A stretch of DNA of 64,000 bases from a virus (IMGVR_UViG_3300017917_004222:64001-128000), one strand, 5' to 3'. Shown: positions 17,009 to 27,932, counted from the stretch's first letter. Notes: a model not told the origin generated them from the sequence alone. A program made the numbers and translations.

Positions 17009-18169
17009 ATGACTCAAATTATTATCAATGTCGGTGAAATAGCCAATGATGGCACTGGTGAAGCCTTACGAGATGCATTTGTTGCGGTAAACGAGAACTT
17101 TACCGAAGTCTACACAGCCGGGCCAGTTGGCAGCAACGTTCGAATTGCCAACAACACCATCACCACCACTGTGGTCAATCAAGATCTTGTGTTGCGTCCC
17201 AACGGTATTGGCAACATACAAGCCAACGCCACCATCATGCCAGCACTGGACGGGGTGTACGACATTGGCCGCCCCAATCGACGATTTGACAGCATACATG
17301 CCGCTTACTTTTACGGCAACGGTGCGGGCATCACTGGACTGACGACTGGTGGCTTGGCCAACGGCACCACCACACTGAACACAGCATTCAACGGCAACAT
17401 CACTTTCAACATCAGCGGCGTGCCCAACGTTGCTGTGTTTTCGGCTAATGCTGTGTTGATCAACACTGGCTTGACAGTAACTGGCAACTTACAAGCCAAC
17501 AGCTTTGTGGGCAATGGTAGTCAGTTGACCGATGTTGATGCTGTGAGCATCAGCAGCGGAAACAGCAGTGTGCAATTTGACCAGGCCAACGGCAATGTCA
17601 ATATCAGTGTGCACGGCACAGCCAACGTGGTCACAGTCACGCCCAGTGGACTACAGGTACAAGGTAATCTTGTTGCTGGCAACATCATTGGCAATATCAC
17701 AGGTAATCTTGCAATATCGGGTGCCAACACCGGAGTGCTGTTCAACGACAGCGGTGTAGCCAACGCGGTGCCTGGCTTGTTGTTTGACAAGAACTCGGGC
17801 AATCTAACCGCTGCAGGCAACATTGCCGGCAACTATCTAGTGGGCAACGGTGTGGCCATTTTGGGAGTGTTGGCAGACCGTGGCAGCGATCCCAATAATT
17901 GGAACACCCTGACCCAAATGGGGGTGTATGCGGTAAATAGAACAAGTTGGGCTGGAACCATTGGCACACCAATCGACAGTCAGATATATGTTGGGTTACT
18001 GGAAGTCAAAAACAGTACCGGAAATGCATTGCAACAGACCTTTTACCCTGGACAGTACCAGTCGGGGGATGTCAAGACGCAATGGAATCGATCAAACTGG
18101 GCTGGATCATGGACCAGTTGGATCAAGGTGGTCAATGATGACCAAGTAGTTATAGGTGGGGAATTTTGA
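17009..18169 (+). CDS. Baseplate/fibre protein with gp9/gp10-like N-terminus and knob-like C-terminus
   Basis: IINVGEIANDGTGEALRDAF; WNTLTQMGVY...WTSW end. Confidence 0.7.
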   Translation: MTQIIINVGEIANDGTGEALRDAFVAVNENFTEVYTAGPVGSNVRIANNTITTTVVNQDLVLRPNGIGNIQANATIMPALDGVYDIGRPNRRFDSIHAAYFYGNGAGITGLTTGGLANGTTTLNTAFNGNITFNISGVPNVAVFSANAVLINTGLTVTGNLQANSFVGNGSQLTDVDAVSISSGNSSVQFDQANGNVNISVHGTANVVTVTPSGLQVQGNLVAGNIIGNITGNLAISGANTGVLFNDSGVANAVPGLLFDKNSGNLTAAGNIAGNYLVGNGVAILGVLADRGSDPNNWNTLTQMGVYAVNRTSWAGTIGTPIDSQIYVGLLEVKNSTGNALQQTFYPGQYQSGDVKTQWNRSNWAGSWTSWIKVVNDDQVVIGGEF

Positions 18170-18191
18170 CCAAGTTGGTCGGAGATAAATT

Positions 18192-20879
18192 ATGTCAAAT
18201 ACAATTTTAATTAAGCGATCAGGCACACCAGGCGCCGCTCCAGCAGCTGGCAACATAGCCTATGGTGAACTGGCGATTAACTATGCCGACGGCAACTTGT
18301 TTTTCAAGAACAGTCTTGATTCTGTAACTGTAATTGCCAGCACACAGTTTGTGAACGTGACTGGCAACGTGTCGGGTGGCAACGTCACCACCACAGGTGT
18401 TGTGACTGCAACTGGTAATGTAACAGGTGGCAACATTATCAGCTTGGGCACAGTGGCTGCAACTGGCAACGTGTCGGGCAACTACTTCCTGGGCAACGGG
18501 CGATTCCTAACAGGTATTGACACCACACTGATCAGCAACGGCAACAGCAGTGTTCAAACACTGTCCAATGCCAATATCACAGTAAATCCTGCAGGCACAG
18601 CCAATGTGGCGGTGTTTGCCAGCACAGGCGCATATGTCACAGGTGTTGTTGATGTCACTGGCAACATTGTGGCCAGCGGCAATGCATCAGCCAACAACCT
18701 TTCGATATCCAATGCAGCCGCTGTGGGTACTCTGACATCTACTGGCAACATCACAGCTGGTGCAGGCGCTTACTTTATCGGTGATGGTAGCCTGTTGACC
18801 GGTATCGACGCCACATTGATCAGCAACGGAAATGCGTCGGTACAAACCCTGAACAATGCCAACGTGGAAATCAAAGCCGGTGCGAACGGCAACATTTCTG
18901 CAGTTTTCTATGATGGCGGGGCAACTGTTACTGGCAACGTTGCAGCAACTGGTATTTTGACCAACAACTATTACTATGCCAACGGTACCCCAGTTGATTT
19001 CCAGCAAGCAGCAGGATCCAACACACAAATTCAGTTCAACTCCAACAACAACTTTGGTGCCAGCGCTGCATTTACATTTGATTCTGCAAGCAATGTTTTG
19101 AGTGTGGGCGGCACCGCCAACGTGACTGGCAACGTCAATGCTGGCAATGTCAATGCTGGTATTGTGGCTGCTACCGCAGTGTCTGCAACTGGCAACATTA
19201 GTGGTGGCAACATCTCTACCGCTGGCACTGCCAGCGCAGCAACACTCAGCGCAACTGGCAACATTAGTGGCGGTAATATTGCAGTGACTGGCGCAGCCAG
19301 CGCAGCAACACTCAGCGCAACTGGCAACATTAGTGGTGGCAACATCTCTACCGCTGGCGAAGTCAGTACAGCTACACTCACAGTGTCGGGCGCAACCAAC
19401 GCCAACACCATTGCTGCCAACAGCATCACAGTATCGGGCAACATCCAGAGCAACAACACTGTGTTGGCCAACAGCATCACCAGCGTGAGTGGTGCACTCA
19501 CAATTGCACCAGCATCGGGCAACATCAACTTGTTCACAGCCAATGTGGGCGCAGTGGTGCTGCAAGACAACCGAATCACTGGCCTGGCCACTCCTACCTT
19601 TGCAACTGATGCAGTGACCAAACAGTATGTGGACGATGCGGTATCGACTGGCATCACCATCCACACTCCAGTGCGTGTGGAAACACCCACAGCACTGACA
19701 CCTGTGACATATGCACAAGGTGGCACAGTGGCCACAGTGACTGCAGTTATTTCTCCCAACACAGTCACCGTCAGCGGCAGTACACCCACAGTGAATGACC
19801 AGTATTGGTTTGCCAACACCTTCAACGGCATCCTGGCCAACACCTCTTACTTTGTGGTGGGCGTGAGCGGGCAAGATGCCACACTGAGCCGATCGTACGG
19901 CGGCGCACCTGTGACGAACTTGACTTCGGGAACCAGTCTCACACAGAGCGTGCGAGTCAACTCAGGCGTGGGCGCCACACTCACCAGCAACACCAACGGT
20001 GCACTGGTTGTGGACGGTGTGACCTTGAGCACAAACGATCGTGTGCTGGTATACAATCAGACTCCAGCATACCAAAACGGTGTGTATGTGGTTACTGATG
20101 CAGGTTCGGTCAGCACACCCTGGGTCTTGACACGTGCCACCGATGCCGACAGTTACATCCCCGACAACATCACCGGCATGGACTCGGGCGACTACTTCTT
20201 TGTTCAGCAAGGTGTTACTGGTGCAGGCGAAAGCTATGTGCTCACTGCACCTCCGGGACCAATCCTTATCGGTTACGACTCGATTACATATACCCAGTTC
20301 AGCGCCAGCCAGGTGTACAGCGCCGGCAGCGGTATTGCACTAACTGGTACCACATTCTCGGCCAACGTTGACAACGTCACCACAGCTATTGTGAGCGGCA
20401 ACATTGTGGTCAAAGCTAGTGCACAGCTGACCACTCCCAATATTGGTGCTGCAACCGGTACCAGCTTGAACGTTACCGGATCAGTCACAGCCACCAGCGT
20501 GGATGCAGGTTCGGGCAACATTGCAACCACTGGTAATGTGCTGGCTGGTACAGTAACTGCTACCACAGTGTCTTCGGGCACAGTGACAGCTTCGGGTAAT
20601 GTTGCTGGCGGAAATCTTACCACAGCAGGCCAAGTAGCCGCAACTGGCAACATCACTGGTGGCAATATTGCAACCACTGGCACAGCCAACGTGGCAACGC
20701 TGATTGTGACCACGGTGGCCAATATCACATCAACAACTCCCAGCTCAAATACCACCACAGGTGCGTTGATTGTGGCAGGTGGTTTGGGTGTAGCAGGCAA
20801 CATTTATGCTGGTGCACTGTATGACAACGGCACAGCGGTATTAACTATCAACTCGATTGTGGACGGTGGTACATACTAA
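18192..20879 (+). CDS. Tail fibre-like protein
   Basis: IKRSGT..GELAINYADG N-terminus, (A/T)TGN(V/I)SGGN repeats, DAVTKQYVD, DRVLVYNQT..QNGVY. Confidence 0.75.
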   Translation: MSNTILIKRSGTPGAAPAAGNIAYGELAINYADGNLFFKNSLDSVTVIASTQFVNVTGNVSGGNVTTTGVVTATGNVTGGNIISLGTVAATGNVSGNYFLGNGRFLTGIDTTLISNGNSSVQTLSNANITVNPAGTANVAVFASTGAYVTGVVDVTGNIVASGNASANNLSISNAAAVGTLTSTGNITAGAGAYFIGDGSLLTGIDATLISNGNASVQTLNNANVEIKAGANGNISAVFYDGGATVTGNVAATGILTNNYYYANGTPVDFQQAAGSNTQIQFNSNNNFGASAAFTFDSASNVLSVGGTANVTGNVNAGNVNAGIVAATAVSATGNISGGNISTAGTASAATLSATGNISGGNIAVTGAASAATLSATGNISGGNISTAGEVSTATLTVSGATNANTIAANSITVSGNIQSNNTVLANSITSVSGALTIAPASGNINLFTANVGAVVLQDNRITGLATPTFATDAVTKQYVDDAVSTGITIHTPVRVETPTALTPVTYAQGGTVATVTAVISPNTVTVSGSTPTVNDQYWFANTFNGILANTSYFVVGVSGQDATLSRSYGGAPVTNLTSGTSLTQSVRVNSGVGATLTSNTNGALVVDGVTLSTNDRVLVYNQTPAYQNGVYVVTDAGSVSTPWVLTRATDADSYIPDNITGMDSGDYFFVQQGVTGAGESYVLTAPPGPILIGYDSITYTQFSASQVYSAGSGIALTGTTFSANVDNVTTAIVSGNIVVKASAQLTTPNIGAATGTSLNVTGSVTATSVDAGSGNIATTGNVLAGTVTATTVSSGTVTASGNVAGGNLTTAGQVAATGNITGGNIATTGTANVATLIVTTVANITSTTPSSNTTTGALIVAGGLGVAGNIYAGALYDNGTAVLTINSIVDGGTY
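19185..19358 (+). repeat. 66-nt period tandem repeat (about 2.6 units) within the fibre gene
   Basis: gcaactggcaacattagtgg at 19185, 19251 and 19317. Confidence 0.8.
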
Positions 20880-20893
20880 TTTAAAGACCACAC

Positions 20894-21934
20894 ATGACAA
20901 ATAGGGTACTTATAAAGCGCTCGGGAACGGCAAACGCTGTTCCTGGGGCAGCAAATCTTGAGCTGGGCGAGTTGGCCATCAACTATGCCGACGGTAACCT
21001 GTTTTACAAGGATGCTGCCGGAAACGTGGCTGTGATTGCCAGCAACCGATCTGCAGTCTACAGCGGCAACGTCACTGCACAGTATTTTATTGGCAACGGT
21101 AGCCAACTGACTGGCGTCACAGCCACTGGTTGTGTTGTGGTCAGTTCAAACTCACCTGGGTCGCCTAAAATTGGCGACATCTGGATTGATTCCGACGATG
21201 GTACTGAATACTTGTATTTCAATGATGGCACCAGCAATGTGTGGGCCGAAATGGCATCGGTCTACAGCTTCAGCTCGGGTGGCGGCGGTGCTAGTGTAGC
21301 TGGGGCAAACACTCAAGTTCAGTACAATTCCGACGGCGTGCTGGCAGCATCGGCCAACTTCACATTCAACGGGTCTAGTGTCACAGTTTCGGGCAACATC
21401 AATGGCGGAAATCTAGTCACTGCAGGCGCTGTAACAGCCACAGGCAACGTGTCTGGTGGCAACATCATCACCGCAGGCGCAGTATCAGCAACAGGCAACG
21501 TCACTGGCAACTACTTCATTGGCAATGGCTCACAACTGACTGGTATAGTTTCCAGCGCATATTCGGCCCAGTACACCCTTACTGCCACAACCTCTAACAA
21601 CACCGAAACCGAAGCGTTTGTAGGCGGAGTAGCTGGGACCAGAATCCCTGTACCGCTCAACACAACCGTTTATTACACAGCCGACATCGCCTGCCGCAGA
21701 ACTGATACAGCAGGAGATCATGCAGCATGGTTCCTCAAAGGTGTGGCCACCAACAACGCAGGCAACGTGACCGACGTGGGCTCGTTGTATGAAGTGATTG
21801 TGTCACGAACAGACACATCATTGACCGTGGATTTGCGAGCCGACAACACCAATGACAGCGTGGGTGTGTTTGTGACTGGTGCAACGGGTAAAACACTGTC
21901 GTGGCGTGTTGCAATAACTACAGTGGAGGTATAA
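20894..21934 (+). CDS. Tail fibre-like protein
   Basis: Same N-terminal module as the 18192 ORF; GDIWIDSD; GANTQVQYN. Confidence 0.7.
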   Translation: MTNRVLIKRSGTANAVPGAANLELGELAINYADGNLFYKDAAGNVAVIASNRSAVYSGNVTAQYFIGNGSQLTGVTATGCVVVSSNSPGSPKIGDIWIDSDDGTEYLYFNDGTSNVWAEMASVYSFSSGGGGASVAGANTQVQYNSDGVLAASANFTFNGSSVTVSGNINGGNLVTAGAVTATGNVSGGNIITAGAVSATGNVTGNYFIGNGSQLTGIVSSAYSAQYTLTATTSNNTETEAFVGGVAGTRIPVPLNTTVYYTADIACRRTDTAGDHAAWFLKGVATNNAGNVTDVGSLYEVIVSRTDTSLTVDLRADNTNDSVGVFVTGATGKTLSWRVAITTVEV

Positions 21935-21935
21935 C

Positions 21936-22409
21936 ATGCCAAGAACAAGAAGTGTGCTGGTTGACAACACAATCGGACGAATTTTTAGAAACGTGACCAC
22001 AGTTGCACAAGCCAGTGCAGCCAGTGTGATTGCAGGTGACCGTTTGACCACACGATCCATTGGGTCTGGGCAAGCCGCATTGATAAAAATTGCCAACAAC
22101 ATCGGTGGCAAGGGTTTGTTTTTTGTTACAGGTGCGTCTGTGACTCAGTTGCGAGTAAGTTTGATTCGTGCTCCGCGTGGGCGCGATGCATTGATCCAAG
22201 TGCGCAAAGGTCTCACGTATGCCACCTCTACCACAGTTGGAGAACCATACGCTATTCCTGCTGGCAATGTCAATGTTGCAGCCACAGCCACTTATACCGT
22301 TGCTATTACTCTAGCAGCTGGCGAATCGTTGTATTTCGATGTGGTTCAAGTGGGCAGTATGTTCGCCGGCACCGGGTTAACAGTCACTGTGAACCTTTAT
22401 ACAGTATAA
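21936..22409 (+). CDS. Hypothetical (fibre-associated) protein
   Basis: Tightly packed in the fibre operon; SD GGAGG. Confidence 0.6.
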   Translation: MPRTRSVLVDNTIGRIFRNVTTVAQASAASVIAGDRLTTRSIGSGQAALIKIANNIGGKGLFFVTGASVTQLRVSLIRAPRGRDALIQVRKGLTYATSTTVGEPYAIPAGNVNVAATATYTVAITLAAGESLYFDVVQVGSMFAGTGLTVTVNLYTV

Positions 22410-22412
22410 AAC

Positions 22413-22601
22413 ATGGAACAACAACTCAAACAACATTTTGGCGACGTTGACATTTACCGCTTCAATGGGCACCGCAGCCGCATTGGGGAATTGGGTATCG
22501 CTGTCAACTACGTGATTGTAGAAAACGAAATCTACTTTGTATCCGAACAAGTCAGTACCGACATTCGTGTTGAACTTGTGTATCCGAAAGGAACTGAATA
22601 A
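22413..22601 (+). CDS. Hypothetical protein
   Basis: Fills the gap; stop overlaps the next ATG. Confidence 0.55.
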   Translation: MEQQLKQHFGDVDIYRFNGHRSRIGELGIAVNYVIVENEIYFVSEQVSTDIRVELVYPKGTE

Positions 22602-23629
22602 TGTATGCAAAACTCGTGGTAGGCGCAACTGCCATCAACGTGCATCAAGCCATGCGAGACATTGGCCGCTTGATCACATCTGAAACTCCATCAACTGCCC
22701 TGCTGGGCGCATTCAGTCAAGTCAACTCGGTGATTGTGGATGACACCCCAGCAGGCTGGACCTATGTGGGCAGTGTGAGTGCAGATGATCGTCCCACCAT
22801 AGCCGCGGTGGGCGCAGCCATCAACTATACCATTGATACCCACTGGAATCTGGCATTTTCAGCCCCGTGCCTGGAAGGAGAAGCCCTCAAGTACATGACA
22901 CTGAACGTGGCCTGGCGCGGACTCACTGCCAATAACAACCGCAACTTTACCATGACTGGTGCAGAGAGCGTGACTTCATTGGGTGTGGCCACTAACGAAG
23001 GCGGACGATACTTTTGGGGTTCTGCCGAAGGTGTAACCGAGCCAGACGCAGTGTCGCTACAGACCACAGCAGGATCTATCATTCATGTGATTGCCACACC
23101 GCGACATGTGACTTTGATCAATGAAGGTCGTGGCATGCAGGCCATCTGGGAAACCACCATGACTGATGTGCATCGTTTTTACGGTACAGCACCTTTTGTG
23201 CATTTTAGCAATGCCAGCAGCGTGACTGGCTTGGCCGGTGCAATCATCCCCACAGTGCAGACCACTGCAGCGGCCAACTCATTCCATGCCACTGTGTTTG
23301 CAATTACTGATCTAACCACAAGCACATTGTATGGCACATACGGCCCCACAGTGAATGACACACTGAATCAGACCTACTTCCGTCAGCAGTCGTCGAGTCT
23401 GCGTCGAGCCACAATCTCTGATACCGGAGCACCGCGATACCAAATCAGTCCATGCTTTTTCCAACTGGGCAACTTTGGGTATCCTACCCAATACGTCACC
23501 GGAGTGGTGCCCATGTACTGGACTGCTCCACAAATAGGAACCACTGGCGACACAATTGACATCAATGGCGACAGTTACACATTTTTCAACTCCGGCACCA
23601 TATTTGGTGTTGCAATGAAGACTTCGTAA
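22601..23629 (+). CDS. Hypothetical virion protein
   Basis: Operon context. Confidence 0.6.
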   Translation: MYAKLVVGATAINVHQAMRDIGRLITSETPSTALLGAFSQVNSVIVDDTPAGWTYVGSVSADDRPTIAAVGAAINYTIDTHWNLAFSAPCLEGEALKYMTLNVAWRGLTANNNRNFTMTGAESVTSLGVATNEGGRYFWGSAEGVTEPDAVSLQTTAGSIIHVIATPRHVTLINEGRGMQAIWETTMTDVHRFYGTAPFVHFSNASSVTGLAGAIIPTVQTTAAANSFHATVFAITDLTTSTLYGTYGPTVNDTLNQTYFRQQSSSLRRATISDTGAPRYQISPCFFQLGNFGYPTQYVTGVVPMYWTAPQIGTTGDTIDINGDSYTFFNSGTIFGVAMKTS

Positions 23630-23631
23630 TC

Positions 23632-24546
23632 ATGGCCACCAACGCAGGACTTGTTTCATACATCAACTCTCTATCGCCAGCTGTGTACTGGCGACTGGAC
23701 GAAGCCAGCGGCACCTCTTTTGCGCAAACTGGTTCCAGCACAGCTGGGGCCATGACCGCATCGGGCACAGTCACTGCCAGCGACGCCACACTGATCCCAG
23801 GCGATGCAACAGAGTTTGTGACGTTCGGGGTAGGTGGGTATGCCAGCGCAGCTCGCGGCAACATCACAGTGCCCTTGACTGACGTGACCATTTCCTACTT
23901 GATTCGTTTCTATCCGCCCTACACTTCCTCGGCCAACATCTTTGCACTGAGTCTCATGGGCTCAGGCGACTCGTCGTCAACCACCAACGTGCAGACCTAT
24001 CAGTATTTCACACCCACCACCGGCATATTCAACGAAATCATGGAATATGGCACAGGTGTGAACGAGTTGATTGAATCCATCAGCCCCATGGATCCAAGAT
24101 TTGCGGTGAATGGCATTGACAACACTTTCATGATCACAACTGTGCGCAACAGCGTGGCCAAGCAACTGTCTACCTATGTGAATGGTGTGCTGTTTGACCG
24201 TCAAACATATGTCAACAATGCCACAGGCGGTACTGCAGCAGGTGTGGTATGGAGTCTAGGCAACAACACCGCTGTTGGTATTGCAGCTGGCGGCAGTGCT
24301 ACCAGCATGGGTCATGTGTGTGTGTTTACTCGATTGTTGAGTGAGCAAGAAATCCGTGACATGGCAGATGCCGCCGGACGTTTGGATGCCAGCCCAGGCC
24401 AGTTGAGATTTGACATGTCTGCAGCAACGGGCCCAGCAAGCAATTTCCTTGAAACCAATGTAGTCAAAACCTTACTGTGTGCAGTTGATCCGTTGGTGGA
24501 CATCAGTGTGGCATTTCCGAGCGAAGCCTACACAACCGAAGAATAA
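23632..24546 (+). CDS. LamG/concanavalin-like lectin domain protein
   Basis: PAVYWRLDEASGT, LSTYVNG, VFTRLLSEQEI. Confidence 0.7.
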   Translation: MATNAGLVSYINSLSPAVYWRLDEASGTSFAQTGSSTAGAMTASGTVTASDATLIPGDATEFVTFGVGGYASAARGNITVPLTDVTISYLIRFYPPYTSSANIFALSLMGSGDSSSTTNVQTYQYFTPTTGIFNEIMEYGTGVNELIESISPMDPRFAVNGIDNTFMITTVRNSVAKQLSTYVNGVLFDRQTYVNNATGGTAAGVVWSLGNNTAVGIAAGGSATSMGHVCVFTRLLSEQEIRDMADAAGRLDASPGQLRFDMSAATGPASNFLETNVVKTLLCAVDPLVDISVAFPSEAYTTEE

Positions 24547-24573
24547 ATACAAGATCAACAACGGTAACACAGT

Positions 24574-26883
24574 ATGGCTCTAAGTTTTCCAATTTCCCCA
24601 ACCCCAGGTCAAACCTATACCTACAGTGGTAGAACCTGGGTATGGACCGGGTCAGCCTGGAAGGTCAACGACACCGGCGCCATCAACGGCATCATAATTG
24701 GCAACACAACTCCAGCAGCTGGCTCGTTTACCACGCTCACAGCCAACGGAGAAGTCAATCTTGGCAACGTGGGCAACATTACCATACTGGGCGGCACCAG
24801 CGGCCAAGTGCTCAGTACAGACGGAGCAGGAAACTTGAGTTGGGCCGACGGCGGCGGAGGCAGCAACGTCACTTCTATTGTGGTGGACAATTTTACCGGC
24901 AATGGAGTGGCCAACAGCTTTGTGCTCACTACCACCCCCATCAGTGAAGACTGGGTCTCTGTGAACTACAATGGTGTGATGCAACAAACTGATGCATACA
25001 GCGTGAGTGGTAACACCATAACATTTGTTACCACCCCGGCCAACACCGCTGCTATTGAAATTCGCACAGTGACATTTGGGGGCACTGTGGCCCTGGCCAA
25101 CACAGCCGAAACCGTGACTGGCAACGCACAGGCCAACATCACCAGTGTGGGTACATTAACCAGTTTGACAGTGTCGGGCAATGTCACGGTGTCAGGTACC
25201 GGAAGTCGTATTGTTGGCGACTTCACATCCGCGGCCAACAACCGTCTTGCGTTTCAAACCAGCACAGCCAACTCACTTTCAATTGTGGCTGCATTGCCGT
25301 CTGGTACGGGTACCACATCAATTTTGCGGGCCTACTGCGGCTCAACCCCGTCTACAGCATCTTTCCTTGACATACGTGCCACATCCACTGCCACACAACT
25401 GTGGTCTGGCCGCGAAATCTCGTCCACATTTGGCTTCTTGCCACTGACTTTTCACACCAACAATGCGGAGCAGATGCGATTGGACACATCGGGTAACCTG
25501 GGTGTTGGTACCAATGCACCGTCGCAGCGTCTAGATGTAAATGGTAATGTTGCAATCACTGGCTCGGCGCGCCGGATCATTGGCGACTTTAGTGACGCTA
25601 CATTCTCAAATCGGCTTTTGTTTCAGACCAGTGTTGCAAACACAAACACAATAGTAGGAGCTGTACCGAGTGGAACCGGACAAATTGCCGGGTTCCGTGT
25701 GTTCAACAGCTCTGATTCGGTCAACGCATCTTTTGCCACACTGGCTTGCAATGCCACAGTGGCCTACATTGATTCATCTCTTTCGGGTACTGGGTCATAC
25801 TTGCCTTTAGCGTTCTTCACAGGTGGCAGCGAGCGCATGCGTATTGACACTGGTGGTAACTTGATTATTGGCGGCAGTTTTAGCAGCGATGCCGGCGCAG
25901 TCACACTAACAGGGGACGGAACTGTTCGGGCAATCCTTGCCAATGCAGCTGGCGGACAATCAATTATTGGTGCAGTTGGCGGGGTTTCAAACGGGTTTGA
26001 GGTATCAGTTGCTGCAACCAACGCAACAACATATAGGTGGAACAACCCTGCGGGCACAGTAATGACACTGGACGCCGCTGGCAACCTCGGCCTTGGAACG
26101 GTTCCGAGTGCGTGGTCTGCGCCCGCGCGGGCGATCCATCTCGGTAATTTTGGGGCAGTCTACCAGAACGCATCAGGCTATCCAGAACTGGCGTTCAACA
26201 CCTTCCAGAACACATCCAACGTCTACACCTACCGAAATACGGACGTAGCTACGCGTTACAGCCAAACCAACGGTCAACACCAATGGTTTACCGCCCCCTC
26301 CGGCACCGCGGGAAGCCCAATCACATTCACACAGGCGATGACGCTGTCTGCCGCTGGAGACCTGTTGGTGGGAACAACAGATACTGGTCTTACCACAGGC
26401 AACGGCTTTAAACTCTTAACCAGCGCAACTGGTCGAAACTTGGTCATAAATGCCCCAGCAAGCACAAACGCCAACGAAGGTTTTATGATGTACTCCACTG
26501 GCGCAGGTGCATATCGATTCTATGTACAATGGAACGGGCAAATTAATGCAACCAACACCAGTATTACAGCCATTTCAGATGTATCGCTTAAAGAGAACAT
26601 CCGCGATCTCGAAACTGGACTTGATGAAATCATGGCCTTGCGCCCTCGCCGGTTTGATTGGAAAGAAGAAACACACCTCGGTGAAAAAAATGTTGCTGGC
26701 TTCGTTGCTCAAGAGCTTGAGCAAGTCTTGCCAGATCTGGTGTACGAATACAAGTACAATGAAACTGGAACAAAAAAGTCAATCAAGATGGGCGACATTT
26801 TGCCTACGCTAGTAAAAGCGGTACAAGAACAACAGGCCATCATCCAACAATTACAAGCCCGTCTCGACGCCGCCAATCTTTAA
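24574..26883 (+). CDS. Tail fibre/spike with C-terminal intramolecular chaperone (peptidase S74)
   Basis: FPISPTPGQTY..WVWTGSAW N-terminus; ERMRIDTGGN repeats; SDVSLKENI...LRPRRFDW..GFVAQE; terminal coiled coil. Confidence 0.85.
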   Translation: MALSFPISPTPGQTYTYSGRTWVWTGSAWKVNDTGAINGIIIGNTTPAAGSFTTLTANGEVNLGNVGNITILGGTSGQVLSTDGAGNLSWADGGGGSNVTSIVVDNFTGNGVANSFVLTTTPISEDWVSVNYNGVMQQTDAYSVSGNTITFVTTPANTAAIEIRTVTFGGTVALANTAETVTGNAQANITSVGTLTSLTVSGNVTVSGTGSRIVGDFTSAANNRLAFQTSTANSLSIVAALPSGTGTTSILRAYCGSTPSTASFLDIRATSTATQLWSGREISSTFGFLPLTFHTNNAEQMRLDTSGNLGVGTNAPSQRLDVNGNVAITGSARRIIGDFSDATFSNRLLFQTSVANTNTIVGAVPSGTGQIAGFRVFNSSDSVNASFATLACNATVAYIDSSLSGTGSYLPLAFFTGGSERMRIDTGGNLIIGGSFSSDAGAVTLTGDGTVRAILANAAGGQSIIGAVGGVSNGFEVSVAATNATTYRWNNPAGTVMTLDAAGNLGLGTVPSAWSAPARAIHLGNFGAVYQNASGYPELAFNTFQNTSNVYTYRNTDVATRYSQTNGQHQWFTAPSGTAGSPITFTQAMTLSAAGDLLVGTTDTGLTTGNGFKLLTSATGRNLVINAPASTNANEGFMMYSTGAGAYRFYVQWNGQINATNTSITAISDVSLKENIRDLETGLDEIMALRPRRFDWKEETHLGEKNVAGFVAQELEQVLPDLVYEYKYNETGTKKSIKMGDILPTLVKAVQEQQAIIQQLQARLDAANL

Positions 26884-26898
26884 TTAAGGAACTCAGCA

Positions 26899-27243
26899 AT
26901 GGCAACATTCAAATGGATTATTTCTGCGCTGGATTGCGTGCCCTCACTTGACGGTCGCACCAACGTGGTACGCACAGTACACTGGCGCTGCACAGGGCAC
27001 GGCACTGTGGCGGATCGCGAATATATTGGCACAGTGTACAGCACTTGCACTCTTCCTGATCCCGCTGGTTCGGGCGATTTTGTTGCGTATGCAGACCTAA
27101 CGCAAGAACAGGTGTTGGCGTGGATTTGGGATAACGGAGTTGATCATGTGGCTACAGAAGCTTTGGTACAGCAACAACTGGATCTGCAAATCAATCCGCC
27201 TGTTGTACAACCACCGTTGCCATGGAATTCTACTGCCGACTAA
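26899..27243 (+). CDS. Tail fibre-associated small protein
   Basis: VVRTVHWRC, FVAYADLTQEQVLAW, PLPW. Confidence 0.65.
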   Translation: MATFKWIISALDCVPSLDGRTNVVRTVHWRCTGHGTVADREYIGTVYSTCTLPDPAGSGDFVAYADLTQEQVLAWIWDNGVDHVATEALVQQQLDLQINPPVVQPPLPWNSTAD

Positions 27244-27279
27244 AAAGCGGTGTAAATATTCCCGTCAACGGAGACACAC

Positions 27280-27441
27280 ATGAACACTGAATCCACAATC
27301 TCAATCCAACTCACAGTGAACGAAGTCAATTTTGTTCTGCAAGTGCTAGGCGAGCTACCTACCAAATCTGGCGCCTGGCCTCTAGTTACCAAAATTCAAG
27401 GTCAAGCACAGAGCCAGGTAGAATCCCCTGCAGCAGAATAA
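27280..27441 (+). CDS. Small 53-aa protein (not in ORF track)
   Basis: TGTAAATA at 27251, SD GGAG, MNTESTISIQLTVNEVNFVLQVLGELP... Confidence 0.65.
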   Translation: MNTESTISIQLTVNEVNFVLQVLGELPTKSGAWPLVTKIQGQAQSQVESPAAE

Positions 27442-27497
27442 GTCTGGCAACCCAGCAGGGTCGAGATCAGCATAAATACACCAAACAGTGAATATCT

Positions 27498-27932
27498 ATG
27501 TCTATCACCCTAGTTCAACCATTCAACATCGACACCAGCAAGACGTTTGAGTTTGCCAATGTATCAGTAACAGGCAACACAGTGATTGGTTCACAATCTG
27601 CTAATGCTAAACTAGACGTCAGTGGCAGCATTGCAGTCAACGTGGTAGCGGTGCCTGCGCTAGACATTGATTGTTCGCAAGGCACATTTTTCACAAAAAC
27701 CATCAGCAGTGCGTCGGAATTCACATTCAGTAATCCGCCAGCTGATCGCGCATATGGGTTTGTGCTTGAACTCACACTTACTAGTGGCACAGTGACTTGG
27801 CCAGCGTCGGTTCGTTGGCCTGGCGGCACCGCCCCCACACTCTCAACTGGCAAAGTTCAGATTTTGATTTTCATTACTGACAACGGCGGCACCACCTGGT
27901 ATGGTGCATCTAGCATCAATTACAACACGTAA
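27498..27932 (+). CDS. Fibre-tip-like protein
   Basis: IDCSQGTFF, VTWPASVRWPGGTAPTLS, TDNGGTTWYG. Confidence 0.65.
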   Translation: MSITLVQPFNIDTSKTFEFANVSVTGNTVIGSQSANAKLDVSGSIAVNVVAVPALDIDCSQGTFFTKTISSASEFTFSNPPADRAYGFVLELTLTSGTVTWPASVRWPGGTAPTLSTGKVQILIFITDNGGTTWYGASSINYNT

